Assembly (NCBI GenBank): GCA_025922875.1
Contig: JAICGZ010000001.1
Coordinates: 6,541-70,540, forward strand
DNA: 64,000 nt
Direction of reading: 5' to 3'
DNA from: Pyrinomonadaceae bacterium
Lineage (GTDB): Bacteria > Acidobacteriota > Blastocatellia > Pyrinomonadales > Pyrinomonadaceae
Shown here: positions 45,413 to 55,643 of the stretch, in pieces
Layout: the number at the start of each line of letters is the position of its first letter
Numbering within the stretch: the stretch's first letter is position 1
The notes under the pieces: model-generated
The model's database searches: none
What the model was told of the DNA's origin: nothing
What the model saw: only the letters and a program-made list of their open reading frames with translations
Made by a program: the position numbers and the translations under genes

Positions 45413-47336
45413 GAGATCTCTGATTGTCGGCACCGCGGGTCACATCGATCACGGAAAGAGCGCCCTCGTACGCGCTTTGACCGGGACCGATCCCGACCGC
45501 CTTCCTGAAGAGAAAAAACGCGGCATTACCATCGACATTGGCTTTGCCGACCTCGAACTGCCTGACCTCCGGCTCGCATTCGTGGACGTTCCCGGTCACG
45601 AACGCTTCATCAAAAATATGTTGGCGGGTGCACACGGGATCGATCTGCTGGCGCTGGTAATCGCCGCCGATGAAGGTGTGATGCCGCAGACGCGCGAGCA
45701 CTTCGACATCTGCCGTTTGCTTGGTGTGCGAAACGGTTTGGTGGTGATCACGAAGAAAGATCTCGTGGACGAAGAGATGCTGGTCCTTGTTGAAGACGAG
45801 GCGCGCGAGTTGGTCCTGGGATCTTTTCTGGAAAACGCTCCGGTAGTTGCAGTGAGTTCCCGTACAGGCGCTGGGCTGGATGAATTGAAAGTTCGCCTGA
45901 CCGAACTGGAAAAGCGCGTGCCTCCACGATCGCTCGATTTCACGCTGCGCCTGCCGATCGATCGCGCGTTTTCGATGAAAGGATTCGGATCGGTTGTCAC
46001 CGGTACGCTGATCTCGGGAAAAATCACAGAAGGTGATGAGCTTGAACTGTTGCCTTCGCACGTTAACGTGAGAGTGCGCGGGTTACAGGTGCACAACAGA
46101 CCTGTCCATGAGGCACATGCAGGACAGCGCACTGCCGTGAACCTCGCCGGTATCGATACTTCGCAAATCGAACGTGGCATGGTACTGGCTGCGGCTGGTC
46201 GTCTGCGGCCGACGCAAGTCATAGACGTTTCGATCGACGTGTTGCCTGGTGCTTCGCGTGCACTGCGTTCGCGCTCACGAGTGCGTTTTCACATTGGCGC
46301 CGCGGAAGTGTTGGGCCGCGTAAGAGTACTGGAAGGTTCGCCTCAGATTGCGGCGGGACATAGCGGTCTGGCCCAGTTGAGGCTGGAAGCACCTGTGGTC
46401 GCGTTGCACGGCGATCGTTTTATTCTGCGAAGTTATTCGCCGGCTGAAACAATTGCCGGTGGCGTGATACTCGATCCGTTTGCTGTTAAGCATCGTGGCC
46501 GAGACATGGAGCACACGCTCGAGCTGCTTGGCTCGCTGATGCAGGATAATCGAGCGGCGAAGTTTACGGGCTTCGTTCGAGCGTCGGGTGAGCGAGGCTT
46601 GAGAATGTCTGATCTTGCCGCGGCGACGGGTTGGGCGAATGAGATCCTTGCGAGAGTGGCGACGGAAGTACAGGCAGAAGGTGCGGTGATCGATGCGGGA
46701 GGTGTTTTCCTCGCGCGTGAGAGTCTCGATCGTCTTAGTCGAGCGGTCGTAGCTGAACTGGAGCGGTATCACAAGCGCGAACCGTTGGCGCGCGGAATGT
46801 TGCGCGAGACTTTGCGCGAGAAAGTGTTTGCTCATGCGTTGCCGGAGTTGTTTGCGGGAGTGATTGCCAGGCTGGAGGCGGACGGCAAAGTTGTTTCTGA
46901 GAAAGACATCGTGCGCTCTAGTCAACACAGCGTTGGTTTGTCTGAACAGGATGCGGAGTTGAGCAAACGCATCGAACAACTTTATCTGGCAGCCGGCGTT
47001 GAGGCGCCCTCAATTGACGAAGCAATGACGAAAGCAGGCGTGGCGACAACTCAACGTGCTCAGGCACGGAAACTTCTGCAATTGCTCATCGAAGACCGCA
47101 AGCTCGTGCGAATTCACGGCGAGATGTTTATGCATGCGCAGGCTATAGAAGATCTGAAAACCAAGTTGCGCACTTACGCTTCCCAGCACGAACCGGAACG
47201 CCTGATCGACGTGGCAGCCTTCAAAGATCTTGCCGGCGTTTCGCGCAAATACGCCATTCCCCTGCTGGAGTTTTTCGATCGCGAGCAAATCACTCGCCGC
47301 GCCGGCGATAAACGACTCATCCTGAAACCGCGCTAG
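45411..47336 (+). CDS. selB: selenocysteine-specific translation elongation factor
   Basis: The G domain reads [40 protein letters not shown]. The C-terminal winged-helix tail reads [26 protein letters not shown] moved the start to ATG 45411 because the longer ORF reads through the repeat. Confidence 0.9.
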   Translation: MRSLIVGTAGHIDHGKSALVRALTGTDPDRLPEEKKRGITIDIGFADLELPDLRLAFVDVPGHERFIKNMLAGAHGIDLLALVIAADEGVMPQTREHFDICRLLGVRNGLVVITKKDLVDEEMLVLVEDEARELVLGSFLENAPVVAVSSRTGAGLDELKVRLTELEKRVPPRSLDFTLRLPIDRAFSMKGFGSVVTGTLISGKITEGDELELLPSHVNVRVRGLQVHNRPVHEAHAGQRTAVNLAGIDTSQIERGMVLAAAGRLRPTQVIDVSIDVLPGASRALRSRSRVRFHIGAAEVLGRVRVLEGSPQIAAGHSGLAQLRLEAPVVALHGDRFILRSYSPAETIAGGVILDPFAVKHRGRDMEHTLELLGSLMQDNRAAKFTGFVRASGERGLRMSDLAAATGWANEILARVATEVQAEGAVIDAGGVFLARESLDRLSRAVVAELERYHKREPLARGMLRETLREKVFAHALPELFAGVIARLEADGKVVSEKDIVRSSQHSVGLSEQDAELSKRIEQLYLAAGVEAPSIDEAMTKAGVATTQRAQARKLLQLLIEDRKLVRIHGEMFMHAQAIEDLKTKLRTYASQHEPERLIDVAAFKDLAGVSRKYAIPLLEFFDREQITRRAGDKRLILKPR

Positions 47337-47351
47337 GTCCGTCCGCACCAG

Positions 47352-47431
47352 GCGCCTCCTTGGAGTGCGGCGGCCTGGCGCCGCTTTGTTCTCGATCTCA
47401 TGATCAAAGTCCAAAGCGGCGTCAGGCCGCC
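47352..47431. repeat. ~95-bp palindromic MITE/REP-like element, copy 2 (left arm intact, right arm decayed)
   Basis: gcgcctccttggagtgcggcggcctggcgccgctttgttctcgatctc...caaagcggcgtcaggccgcc. It starts 16 nt after the selB stop. Confidence 0.75.
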
Positions 47432-47588
47432 AGGGTTTCGCCAAAGTCAGAAATCATTTTGTTGAATGAGGTGGTAAATATCAGGCTTGCATTCGCTCAT
47501 GCCCAGCGTTAACATGCAGCCATAATAAGTGCAAAATAGTCGGCTTTTTCCTTAACCTTCATAAATCAGTTACTGGCGGAGGGTGCAA

Positions 47589-47807
47589 ATGAAAAGCCTG
47601 AAAGATATTCTCGCGGTTCTGATAGGCATAGCAGCCGCCCTCGGTGCGATCTTTTATTTCTACAGGTTTGTGACCGACCCGAATCCTGCCGGTGGTCACA
47701 CTTCCGGGTGGATCGCGCTGGGGCTTGCAGCAATCGCCTTTGTTTGTGGCCTGATATACTTCCTCGGCCACGTAAACAAAGAGGAAGAGATACACATTAC
47801 GCAATAG
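47589..47807 (+). CDS. small two-TM hypothetical membrane protein
   Basis: The ATG at 47589 lies 6 nt after GGAGGG. The sequence is MKSLKDILAVLIGIAAALGAIFYF...WIALGLAAIAFVCGLIYFL. It has its own terminator downstream. Confidence 0.55.
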   Translation: MKSLKDILAVLIGIAAALGAIFYFYRFVTDPNPAGGHTSGWIALGLAAIAFVCGLIYFLGHVNKEEEIHITQ

Positions 47808-47890
47808 CGGCGCTGACTTTGTTACTGATAGCGGGCCGACAGTTATTGACCTGCTGTTTAAATTTGCGCCGCACCCGACACCATATTGGA

Positions 47891-47944
47891 CGCCGTTTGT
47901 GCACATACCAAAGCGGCTTACGTGCGCAGACGGCGCTTGTTTTT
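47891..47944 (+). terminator. intrinsic terminator candidate
   Basis: The stem cgccgtttgtgcac / gtgcgcagacggcg is 14 bp with 2 G-U pairs, followed by cttgttttt. Confidence 0.55.
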
Positions 47945-47983
47945 GTACATGAATCCTGTTGACGAAGGAGATTGTCCAAAGAA

Positions 47984-48346
47984 ATGTTCCCACTCCTGTT
48001 GATGCTTTTCCAGCAGCTTCGGGCCACGCAGCCGACGTTCTTTTTTATGGTCGTCCTGCTGTTGTTGATTGCGGGAGGCGTAGGCTGGTTGATCGCTTCC
48101 GTCCTGGGTTTCGCCAGATCATCGGCTTTCGGACCCTCGGCGCGCTGGTTTTCCTACGCGGCTGTCTGCCTGACCATTTATCACCTTCACTTCCTGCTTT
48201 TTGGTGTGTTTGTGTTTCTTGGAATGAGCGAAAACTCGGTTGACCTCACCATGGCGTTGGGAGTCGGAGCATTTTTCAACCTGTTTGTGGTGTTGGGCGC
48301 TGTTTGTGCAATCATGGGCTTTGTTAGAATGACGAATCCCAGATAG
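47984..48346 (+). CDS. hypothetical multi-TM membrane protein
   Basis: About 4 hydrophobic segments. The start is uncertain: TTG at 47972 or ATG at 47984. Confidence 0.45.
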   Translation: MFPLLLMLFQQLRATQPTFFFMVVLLLLIAGGVGWLIASVLGFARSSAFGPSARWFSYAAVCLTIYHLHFLLFGVFVFLGMSENSVDLTMALGVGAFFNLFVVLGAVCAIMGFVRMTNPR

Positions 48347-48371
48347 GTACCACTTAATTAAAATCGGATTA

Positions 48372-50171
48372 ATGAAAACGAAACTGTTTGTGGTCGCCGC
48401 GCTTGTACTCGTTGGAAGCGCGGCAGTTCTTTTTTTTGCTGCCTCGCCTAACGCTGCTCCTAACGCACCCAATGGCGAATTCGTACGGCAACGTGGTGGA
48501 CGCTTCTTTGTCGGCCAACGACCATTTCGCTTCGTCGGCGCCAACATCGCGTTGATGTATCGCGACGAAGATCGCGAGCGCATGCCGGAAACTTTGCGCC
48601 GGGCGGCACAGGCGGGAATCAAAGTTGTGCGCGTGTGGGCATTCGGTGAAGGCGGTCCAAACGACGTCAAACCGATCGCGGACTTTGAAGACTGGCCGCG
48701 CCATCATTCCTTTCGATTCGCTCCCGGACAGTGGAACGAAGATGCTTTCGTACACCTCGACAAGGTGATCGCGGAAGCCGCGAAGAACAATATCTACGTG
48801 CAACTGTGTTTGACGAACTGGTGGCGCGACACCGGCGGCGTCACGCAATACTTGCGCTGGGCAGGTATCGATGACGCGGCCGATGATAGTTACAAATACG
48901 GCATCAACAATGACAAGGCGATTTTCTTTTACACGAATCCTGAAACACGACGCCTGTATCGCGAACATGTCGAAAAACTAGTGACGCGGCGCAATACGAT
49001 CACCGGCGTGATGTATCGCGACGATCCGGCGATCTTCGGCTGGGAGTTGATGAATGAGGCGCAGGTGATCACGGGCCGTTGGGCTGAGAGACGTGCGTGG
49101 TTCGCGGAGATGAGTGCGTATGTGAAATCGTTGGATCCAAACCACCTGGTCGCGCCCGGTGCCTGGGGTTATCGCTCATCGTCTGAACGTCGTGAGTGGT
49201 TGGCCGATCATGCGATTCCCACGATTGACTATTGTGACGTGCACAATTACCCGCGCGACGATCACGATAGTTTTGTTAATTCGCCGGCGGCGTTGAAGGA
49301 GTTTATCGAGAACCGCGCCGCGGCGGCGTTTTCAATCAACAAGCCGCTTGTGTTGGGCGAGTTTGGAATGGGAGTGGAAGGTTACAACGATGCATCGCAA
49401 GTGGAATGGTACAGGGCATTCTTCGAAGGAAACGTACGCGCCGGATCGGCTGGAGCGATGTTTTGGATTTTTACGCCCGATCCGCGGCGTGGTTATGGGA
49501 TCACTTATTCGACGCCTCGTGACCAGGAGTTGCTGAATGAGATTGGGCGCGCTTCGCAGATGTTCGCAGCACTTCAATCAGCCGAGCTGCCGTCGCGTTT
49601 ACAAAATGCTGAGCGCCATCTGATTCCGCGTCAGTTTGCGTGGTCACGTGCGAATGGCGACGAGGCCACAGTGCCGCAAATGATCGTCAGGGAAGACAAG
49701 TCGATCCTTTATCAATTCAAGCCCCAGATGGCGAGTGCGGAGCGGTTTGAGAAGATTGGTGGAGGTGCGGGTTACATCTGGGGATCCGGGTCCGGCTATC
49801 TCGAGTACACGGTGCCGGAGCGAGCCGATCGTCGTCAGGTGAGTGAGATCATCGTCCGTGCTCATCTGCAACCGGTGTTGCCGATTGATGCGTCACCAGC
49901 TTTCGTAAAAACGCGCGTGACGCTTTTTGTTGAAGGATGGAATGGCGGCTCGCGTCTGATTTCGGTGCAGCCACAAGGACAACCGATGATTCAGGAGTGG
50001 CGCTTGACGGGAAGACTTCTGCGTCTGCGTGCAATGCGTGGATTGCCGTTGACGATTCGTTTTGCAGTTATGCCGGAATCCGACTGGCTCTACGGCGTGA
50101 ACATCTCAAACTGGCCCGAGGGTTATGATTCGAAAGATGCGAGGCCTGTCGAAGTCGAGCTGCGCCACTAA
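48372..50171 (+). CDS. secreted glycoside hydrolase family 5 (mannanase/cellulase-like) with a C-terminal beta-rich domain
   Basis: VRVWAFGEG, WELMNEAQ (acid/base Glu) and LVLGEFGM (nucleophile Glu) motifs are present, plus a signal peptide. Confidence 0.7.
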   Translation: MKTKLFVVAALVLVGSAAVLFFAASPNAAPNAPNGEFVRQRGGRFFVGQRPFRFVGANIALMYRDEDRERMPETLRRAAQAGIKVVRVWAFGEGGPNDVKPIADFEDWPRHHSFRFAPGQWNEDAFVHLDKVIAEAAKNNIYVQLCLTNWWRDTGGVTQYLRWAGIDDAADDSYKYGINNDKAIFFYTNPETRRLYREHVEKLVTRRNTITGVMYRDDPAIFGWELMNEAQVITGRWAERRAWFAEMSAYVKSLDPNHLVAPGAWGYRSSSERREWLADHAIPTIDYCDVHNYPRDDHDSFVNSPAALKEFIENRAAAAFSINKPLVLGEFGMGVEGYNDASQVEWYRAFFEGNVRAGSAGAMFWIFTPDPRRGYGITYSTPRDQELLNEIGRASQMFAALQSAELPSRLQNAERHLIPRQFAWSRANGDEATVPQMIVREDKSILYQFKPQMASAERFEKIGGGAGYIWGSGSGYLEYTVPERADRRQVSEIIVRAHLQPVLPIDASPAFVKTRVTLFVEGWNGGSRLISVQPQGQPMIQEWRLTGRLLRLRAMRGLPLTIRFAVMPESDWLYGVNISNWPEGYDSKDARPVEVELRH

Positions 50172-50213
50172 TTTTTGAGCCACAAAAAGGCACAAAAAGG
50201 CACGCATGTGAGG

Positions 50214-50435
50214 TCAAACGGTTTCCAACATCTTGAGTTTGCCGGCTTCGATCACTGCAATAGCCTGCTCACGCTTCACCGTTGGAAACGCTTCAAGGAA
50301 ATCCTCAATAGATTCGCCACCTTCCAAATAGTCGATGAGGTTTTGTAAGGGGACGCGAGTACCAACAAATACAGGTGTACCGCCCATGATCTCTGGGTCA
50401 GAGTGCACAATTCCTTTGAGATCCTCTGACTTCAT
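50214..50435 (-). CDS. DUF433 domain protein (antitoxin-like)
   Basis: DPEIMGGTPVFVGTRVPLQNLIDYLEGGESIEDFLEAFP is the DUF433 core. Confidence 0.7.
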   Translation of the reverse strand: MKSEDLKGIVHSDPEIMGGTPVFVGTRVPLQNLIDYLEGGESIEDFLEAFPTVKREQAIAVIEAGKLKMLETV

Positions 50436-50462
50436 CGCGTGTAAATATCACAGCAATTACCC

Positions 50463-52169
50463 TTAACTAGGCCGCTGGCCAAGAACTTCGTTGAGGATAG
50501 CGAGTGATCGCTGATCTAATTCGTAGATTTTGGCGGAGGGGACGGCGCCGAGTTTTAGATCGGTGATGGGGGTGGCGTGATCGCGGAGCGCGATGGTGAG
50601 GGTGTCGTTGCTGAAGTAACGACGACCGCGGGCGATGATTATGAAGTCGCCGGTGGCCAGTTGTTTCAGAGCTTCGGGATCTGACAACGATGTGCAGACT
50701 AAATCGGGGCGGGCTGCACGCTCCGCGTAATAGGAAGCCACCGAGGGGCTCTCGCTCGCTACCTGCGCGCCTGGTCGAGCGCGACTCGCTATTTCCGTCA
50801 TCGCGTCGCGCATACTCGCGTCGTAAAACTCATCATGCGGGAAATAGTAGCCGGCCCATGTTGTCCCGCCACCGACCGAGTTTGTAAATAAACGAAAGTG
50901 TGGCGCGGCCTGGACCGAGTTGATCACTGATGCCGCAATGACTATCACCGCAAGTGATGCAGGTACGTAGTGTTTCAAACCACTGGACCAACCGAAACCA
51001 GCCATGCGATTCGCTAGCCAGCGGCCGACAAGCTGAATTCCCAGAGCGCTCGTGATCAAGACTGCCGGAAGCACTGTCGTGTAGTAACGCGTGAACTTGC
51101 CACCCGGAAAACAGAATGCCACCACCCACAACATGAACCAGAAAAGAATGAAGTAGCGCCCATCGCCGAGCTTGCGTCGAAACAACAACGGCAGCCCAAC
51201 TAAAAACCCGAGCACCGTTAACAACGGAAGCTTCACAGCCGTGAAGACCAGGTAAAAGTAAACCGGTATGCCGCGAAGCCAATCGTCAAAACGTTGCGTG
51301 TAGAGCCGGTTCATGAATTCATAGCCGTCGTGGCTCACACGCTTGCCGCCCGCAAACAGTCCCATCTGACGCCATGTCTCAGGCAGCAGAATCGTCGGAC
51401 TCAACACCAGAAACACGATGCCCATGATCGCGAAGACGGTAAGCACGCGTTTTTTTCCCAGCCGCCAACGTGTTTCAGGAAGCCTCTGGAACATCCAGTA
51501 GTAACACATGCTGATCGCGAAAAGGTGCGGGACGTACTTCGACGCGACCATTGCTCCGTAGCAAGCAGCGGTGGCCCAGTAGTACTTATTAGGATTGCGA
51601 TCGGTGCTTTCGGCGACGCGCTGTCCACGCAGCCAAAACACATTCGCGAGTAGGAAGAAGAAAATTAAAAAAGAGTCTTCTTTTGCGATCCGGTTGAAGC
51701 CGATGCCACTCGGATCGAAGGCCCACAACGCAGCGCCAATCAAAGCGACTTCAGCGCCGAAGAGTTCTAAAGCGATCAGAAATATCAGCAGCGTACTCAA
51801 AGCGCCGACGATCGCGCCGGGTAGTCTCAATGCGGTTTCGGGCGCAATGGGGTTTGCGGGAAAAGCGGCATTCCATTTTTCAGCGGCGATGATCGTCGCG
51901 GCCTGCAAGGCCTTCATCAGCATCGGGTGTTCGCCGTTCGCACCGGTCAGTCCGCGAGTGCGATATTCGGCAACAGCGTTGAGCTTGTTGAGTTCGTCTT
52001 CGCTAAGACCTTCCGCGCTCAGGCCAGTGACGCGAAAACCGAAGCCCGCGACCATTAATACAACGAGGGCAGTGAAGACAAGTGTTCTGCTGTTGGATAA
52101 GAGACCACTGCCGGCGAAGAGGTCAGGTCTCAAACCGGCGGTGACGATAGCTTCGGCGCGTGCTGACAT
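50463..52169 (-). CDS. glycosyltransferase family 39 (ArnT/PMT-like) polytopic membrane protein
   Basis: Many TM segments with a C-terminal soluble domain. The ATG at 52169 is preferred because the track start at 52211 is TTG. Confidence 0.6.
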   Translation of the reverse strand: MSARAEAIVTAGLRPDLFAGSGLLSNSRTLVFTALVVLMVAGFGFRVTGLSAEGLSEDELNKLNAVAEYRTRGLTGANGEHPMLMKALQAATIIAAEKWNAAFPANPIAPETALRLPGAIVGALSTLLIFLIALELFGAEVALIGAALWAFDPSGIGFNRIAKEDSFLIFFFLLANVFWLRGQRVAESTDRNPNKYYWATAACYGAMVASKYVPHLFAISMCYYWMFQRLPETRWRLGKKRVLTVFAIMGIVFLVLSPTILLPETWRQMGLFAGGKRVSHDGYEFMNRLYTQRFDDWLRGIPVYFYLVFTAVKLPLLTVLGFLVGLPLLFRRKLGDGRYFILFWFMLWVVAFCFPGGKFTRYYTTVLPAVLITSALGIQLVGRWLANRMAGFGWSSGLKHYVPASLAVIVIAASVINSVQAAPHFRLFTNSVGGGTTWAGYYFPHDEFYDASMRDAMTEIASRARPGAQVASESPSVASYYAERAARPDLVCTSLSDPEALKQLATGDFIIIARGRRYFSNDTLTIALRDHATPITDLKLGAVPSAKIYELDQRSLAILNEVLGQRPS

Positions 52170-52242
52170 ATCAAAATGCGAAAGGGTATCGAAGACGCGT
52201 GTGAGTGTCAAAAAGCCGCTAGGCAGGCTTTAAATGATTTCT

Positions 52243-52297
52243 CAGGATTTACAGGATGCAATCATGTAGAATCCTGCAAAATCTTGTAAGTCCTGTC
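52243..52297. repeat. CAGGAT-word palindromic element
   Basis: caggatttacaggatgcaatcatgtagaatcctgcaaaatcttgtaagtcctg. It shares its core with 12235-12310. Confidence 0.75.
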
Positions 52298-52300
52298 TTC

Positions 52301-53626
52301 ATGGACCAAACAGACAAACTAGCACGGCGGCTCGGACTTTTCGACGCCACCATGATCGTCATGGGTGGGATTATCGGCTCCGGGATCTTTATGAACCCGT
52401 CCGTTGTGGCACTGCAGGTCCACACCCCTTTTCTAATCCTCGGCGCGTGGATGCTCGGTGGATTGTTTGCACTTGCGGCGGCGTTCATCTGGGCGGAACT
52501 CGCTGCCCTCCGGCCCGACGTCGGCGGACAGTACGCATATTTGCGCGAAGCGTTTCATCCGGGCGTAGCATTCGTTTATGGCTGGGTGCTTCTGCTCGTA
52601 ATTCAAACCGGTGGGATGGCCGCTGTCGCGGTTACGTTCTCACGTTACTTTGTCGAGTTAACTTACTTACCAATCGCGTACCCATACCTCGCAGCCATCG
52701 TGCTCGTCACGCTCACGGTCATCAACTGCCTTGGCGTGCGTGCCGGTAGCACTGTGCAAAGCATCCTGATGGTGTTGAAGATCGTGGCAATCGCGTCGCT
52801 CGTCGTCTGTGGATTTTTATTCGCCAATCGCAACGCGACTCCTTCCGATTGGTTGGATAGACCACCTTCACTCGATCTACTAACAGCGTTCGGCGCCGCA
52901 CTCGTTCCGGTCATCTTTAGTTACGGTGGCTGGCAAACTGCGACGTTCGTCGCCGGTGAAATCAAAGAGCCGCGTAAGAATTTACCGCGTGGGTTGATCC
53001 TTGGAGTGATGGGAGTCGTTGTGCTTTATCTCGCCGCGAACGTCGTTTACGTCAGCGTGCTGGGAACATCCGGACTGGCCGCATCTTCAGCGCCGGCGTC
53101 AGACGTGATGCGTGGCGCGCTGGGAGATTTTGGCGCACGCGCCATCGCGGCGGGCATCGCGATCTCAACTGCCGGTTTTCTCAGTCAAAGCATGCTCACT
53201 GCGCCACGCGTCTACTTCGCGATGGCCCAGGACGGATTGTTTTTCAGAAGCGTCGGCACCGTACATCCGCGAACCCGCGCACCGATCGTCGCTATTGCTC
53301 TCCAGGGGCTGTTTGCGATTGTCATTGCCTTGCTGGGCACTTACGAAGTTATTCTCAACTACGTTGTTTCAGTAGACGTGATCTTCTTCGGATTAACGGC
53401 GTGCTGTATCTTCGTTTTTCGGAAGCGAGAATCGATTCAGGGCATTACGAGAGTTCCGGGGCATCCGCTGACTACGATCGTATTCATCGCCGTATGTGCG
53501 CTTGTCGTAATCAACACTGTCTACCGCTACCCGGAGAACACTTTGATCGGAATGGCAATCATGATGGCGGGAGTTCCGGCTTACCTGTTTTGGCGATGGA
53601 GGAACAGCAATGACAGCGGGGCGTGA
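52301..53626 (+). CDS. APC family amino acid permease
   Basis: The start is ATG 52301, giving MDQTDKLARRLGLFDATMIVMGGIIGSGIF. There are 12 TM segments. Confidence 0.85.
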   Translation: MDQTDKLARRLGLFDATMIVMGGIIGSGIFMNPSVVALQVHTPFLILGAWMLGGLFALAAAFIWAELAALRPDVGGQYAYLREAFHPGVAFVYGWVLLLVIQTGGMAAVAVTFSRYFVELTYLPIAYPYLAAIVLVTLTVINCLGVRAGSTVQSILMVLKIVAIASLVVCGFLFANRNATPSDWLDRPPSLDLLTAFGAALVPVIFSYGGWQTATFVAGEIKEPRKNLPRGLILGVMGVVVLYLAANVVYVSVLGTSGLAASSAPASDVMRGALGDFGARAIAAGIAISTAGFLSQSMLTAPRVYFAMAQDGLFFRSVGTVHPRTRAPIVAIALQGLFAIVIALLGTYEVILNYVVSVDVIFFGLTACCIFVFRKRESIQGITRVPGHPLTTIVFIAVCALVVINTVYRYPENTLIGMAIMMAGVPAYLFWRWRNSNDSGA

Positions 53627-54701
53627 AGTTAGAAGCTCGTCTTACATGTACTGGGCCAAGACGAGCTCCACCGCAGAGTACAATCTGGCGACCAGTGGCC
53701 TCGGCAATTTGAAACGGCGCGATCTGCGCGTCTCCGTCGACGACCTCGAAATCACGGACGGTGGTTACGGTTATCAACCATTGATCCAGTCAATCGCGAC
53801 GAGGTACCGAGTTGCGACCGAATCAGTCGTGACGGCAGCTGGAACAACCTTCGCCAATCACCTGGCAATGGCAGCGTTAATCAAGCCAGGCGACGAAGTG
53901 TTGTTTGAACATCCGGCCTACGAGCCGATGCTCGCTGCGGCTCGTTATCTGGGCGCGAAGGTGAAACGTTTCTACCGCACGTTCGAAAACGGTTTTCGCA
54001 TTTTGCCTGAAGAGCTCGAGGCGCTCGTCAGTAGCTCCACGCGCTTGATCGTCATAACTAATCTACACAACCCGAGCGGAGTTCTGATTGAAGATTCCAC
54101 GTTGAAACAGATCGGAGAGATCGCGCGACGAGTGGGCGCGCGGGTCTTAGTGGATGAGGTTTACATCGAGACATTGTTTGAAGAGTCGCCGCGCACTGCT
54201 TTTCACCTCGGTAACGAGTTTGTCGTAACGAGCAGTTTGACTAAAGCATTCGGACTCAGCGGCCTGCGATGTGGTTGGATCTTTACCGAACCTGAACTCG
54301 CGCGGCAGATGTGGCTACTCAACGATCTGTTTGCGTCGACGGCGGTTCACGCTGGTGAGCGGCTAAGCGTAGTCGCGATGCAGCAGCTCGCGGAGATCGG
54401 TGAACGATCGAAACAGGTGCTCGATCGCAATCGCCCGTTGTTGAATGACTTTCTTGATACGCGCGAGGATCTGGAAGTGATCAGGCCGCAGTTTGGAACA
54501 GTAATGTTTCCGCGTGTACGCCGCGGCACTGCGGATGAACTTTGTCGGTTGCTGCGGGAGAAGTATGAGACGTCAGTCGTGCCCGGCAGCTTCTTTGAGA
54601 TGCCTGCGCATTTTCGAATCGGCATCGCGGGCGATACGGATGTGCTGAAAGCAGGCTTAGATCGACTCGGTAAGGCGTTAGACGAATTCAGCCGCGGATA
54701 A
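53610..54701 (+). CDS. class I/II PLP-dependent aminotransferase
   Basis: 363 aa with RBS GGAGGA upstream. The lysine region is SSLTKAFGLSGLRCGW. It overlaps the end of the permease gene by 17 nt. Confidence 0.75.
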   Translation: MTAGREVRSSSYMYWAKTSSTAEYNLATSGLGNLKRRDLRVSVDDLEITDGGYGYQPLIQSIATRYRVATESVVTAAGTTFANHLAMAALIKPGDEVLFEHPAYEPMLAAARYLGAKVKRFYRTFENGFRILPEELEALVSSSTRLIVITNLHNPSGVLIEDSTLKQIGEIARRVGARVLVDEVYIETLFEESPRTAFHLGNEFVVTSSLTKAFGLSGLRCGWIFTEPELARQMWLLNDLFASTAVHAGERLSVVAMQQLAEIGERSKQVLDRNRPLLNDFLDTREDLEVIRPQFGTVMFPRVRRGTADELCRLLREKYETSVVPGSFFEMPAHFRIGIAGDTDVLKAGLDRLGKALDEFSRG

Positions 54702-54709
54702 ACGCAGAT

Positions 54710-55366
54710 TTATCTGCGGCCCTTTCTCACTTCTTCGATTACAAGCCAGTCACGCACTTGTTCGGCAGCTTCAATAGCGACCGCTTCAGTCGTGATTCTG
54801 ATCGGCGTTCCGGCCGGCCAGTTGTCGCGCTTCAACATCGGACCACCGACTGCTTTGTAATAAACCTCACCTTCAAACTTCTTCTGCCCGGTGCGTGGCT
54901 CGAAAACTAACACGCGAACGTCGAGGTCGGTTGGGTTCAGGATTAGCGTGCCGGCCTGAAACTCGTCCACGTCAAATTGCAACATGACAACGATCGACTC
55001 GGTCTCGCGTTTGGCTCGCTTCTTAGCCGCGTCGCGCTTGAGATCGCCGAGTGATATAACGGTTACGTTCTTGAATCCGCCAAGATAATGCAGAAAGTGT
55101 TTGAAGATCGCGTCTTCGCTGAGAAGCTGTTTAGACGAGGGCTCCCATCCTGCGAGTAAAGAAACCTTTTGTCTGAGATCTCTCGCGCCGGTTTTGGGCG
55201 TTACTTCGGCGTCCGTTTTTGGCGTTGTGACTGGAGGTTGTGGCGGTTTGGGAGCGCGCCGTCCTGATTGTGCAATCGTCTGCGTGGCGAGCAATAGCAA
55301 CAAGCTCGACGCCGTAACCATGCCTTTTCTATAGCGATTTCGCTGAAAGCCGGGGAGCATTCTCAT
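54710..55366 (-). CDS. hypothetical secreted protein
   Basis: 218 aa with a signal peptide and a Pro/Thr-rich linker. I recognised no family motif. Confidence 0.55.
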   Translation of the reverse strand: MRMLPGFQRNRYRKGMVTASSLLLLLATQTIAQSGRRAPKPPQPPVTTPKTDAEVTPKTGARDLRQKVSLLAGWEPSSKQLLSEDAIFKHFLHYLGGFKNVTVISLGDLKRDAAKKRAKRETESIVVMLQFDVDEFQAGTLILNPTDLDVRVLVFEPRTGQKKFEGEVYYKAVGGPMLKRDNWPAGTPIRITTEAVAIEAAEQVRDWLVIEEVRKGRR

Positions 55367-55421
55367 GCGTTCTTCTCCAGCGGTGTGACCTTAGAAGCGG
55401 AGTTAGTCTACAGGGTTGGCC

Positions 55422-55643
55422 GTTCAGAGTTCAGCCGGGTTCGCCCGAAAAGTCGTTATGCGTGCTCTTCTCTGTGCAACCTCTGTGTCCTCTGTGGTTG
55501 TTTTTGCGAATGATCCTTAACCACAGAGGCACAGAGGACACAGAGGTTGCACAGAGAAGAAGTCCGATCAGGATTTTTCGCGCAAAGCCAGTTCAGCCTT
55601 TAGGCTGTTCTTGGGCAGACAAGCTAAAGCTTGAACTCTGAAC
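55422..55643. repeat. composite palindromic spacer: outer GTTCAGAGTTCA inverted repeat enclosing a CACAGAGG-word hairpin (55467-55559)
   Basis: cttctctgtgcaacctctgtgtcctctgtggtt pairs with aaccacagaggcacagaggacacagaggttgcacagagaag. The outer pair is gttcagagttca / tgaactctgaac. Confidence 0.8.

Noticed and set aside
55459-55521. 20-aa ORF MRALLCATSVSSVVVFANDP in the 55.4-kb spacer
   Set aside because: It is encoded entirely by the CACAGAGG word repeat arm, with no RBS, so I treat it as a repeat artefact.
55467-55559. Tandem short repeats (CACAGAGG, GCAAAGG, CAATTGCC and others) as possible CRISPR arrays
   Set aside because: The units are 7-10 nt with no unique spacers, are arranged as inverted arms of hairpins, and no cas genes are present.
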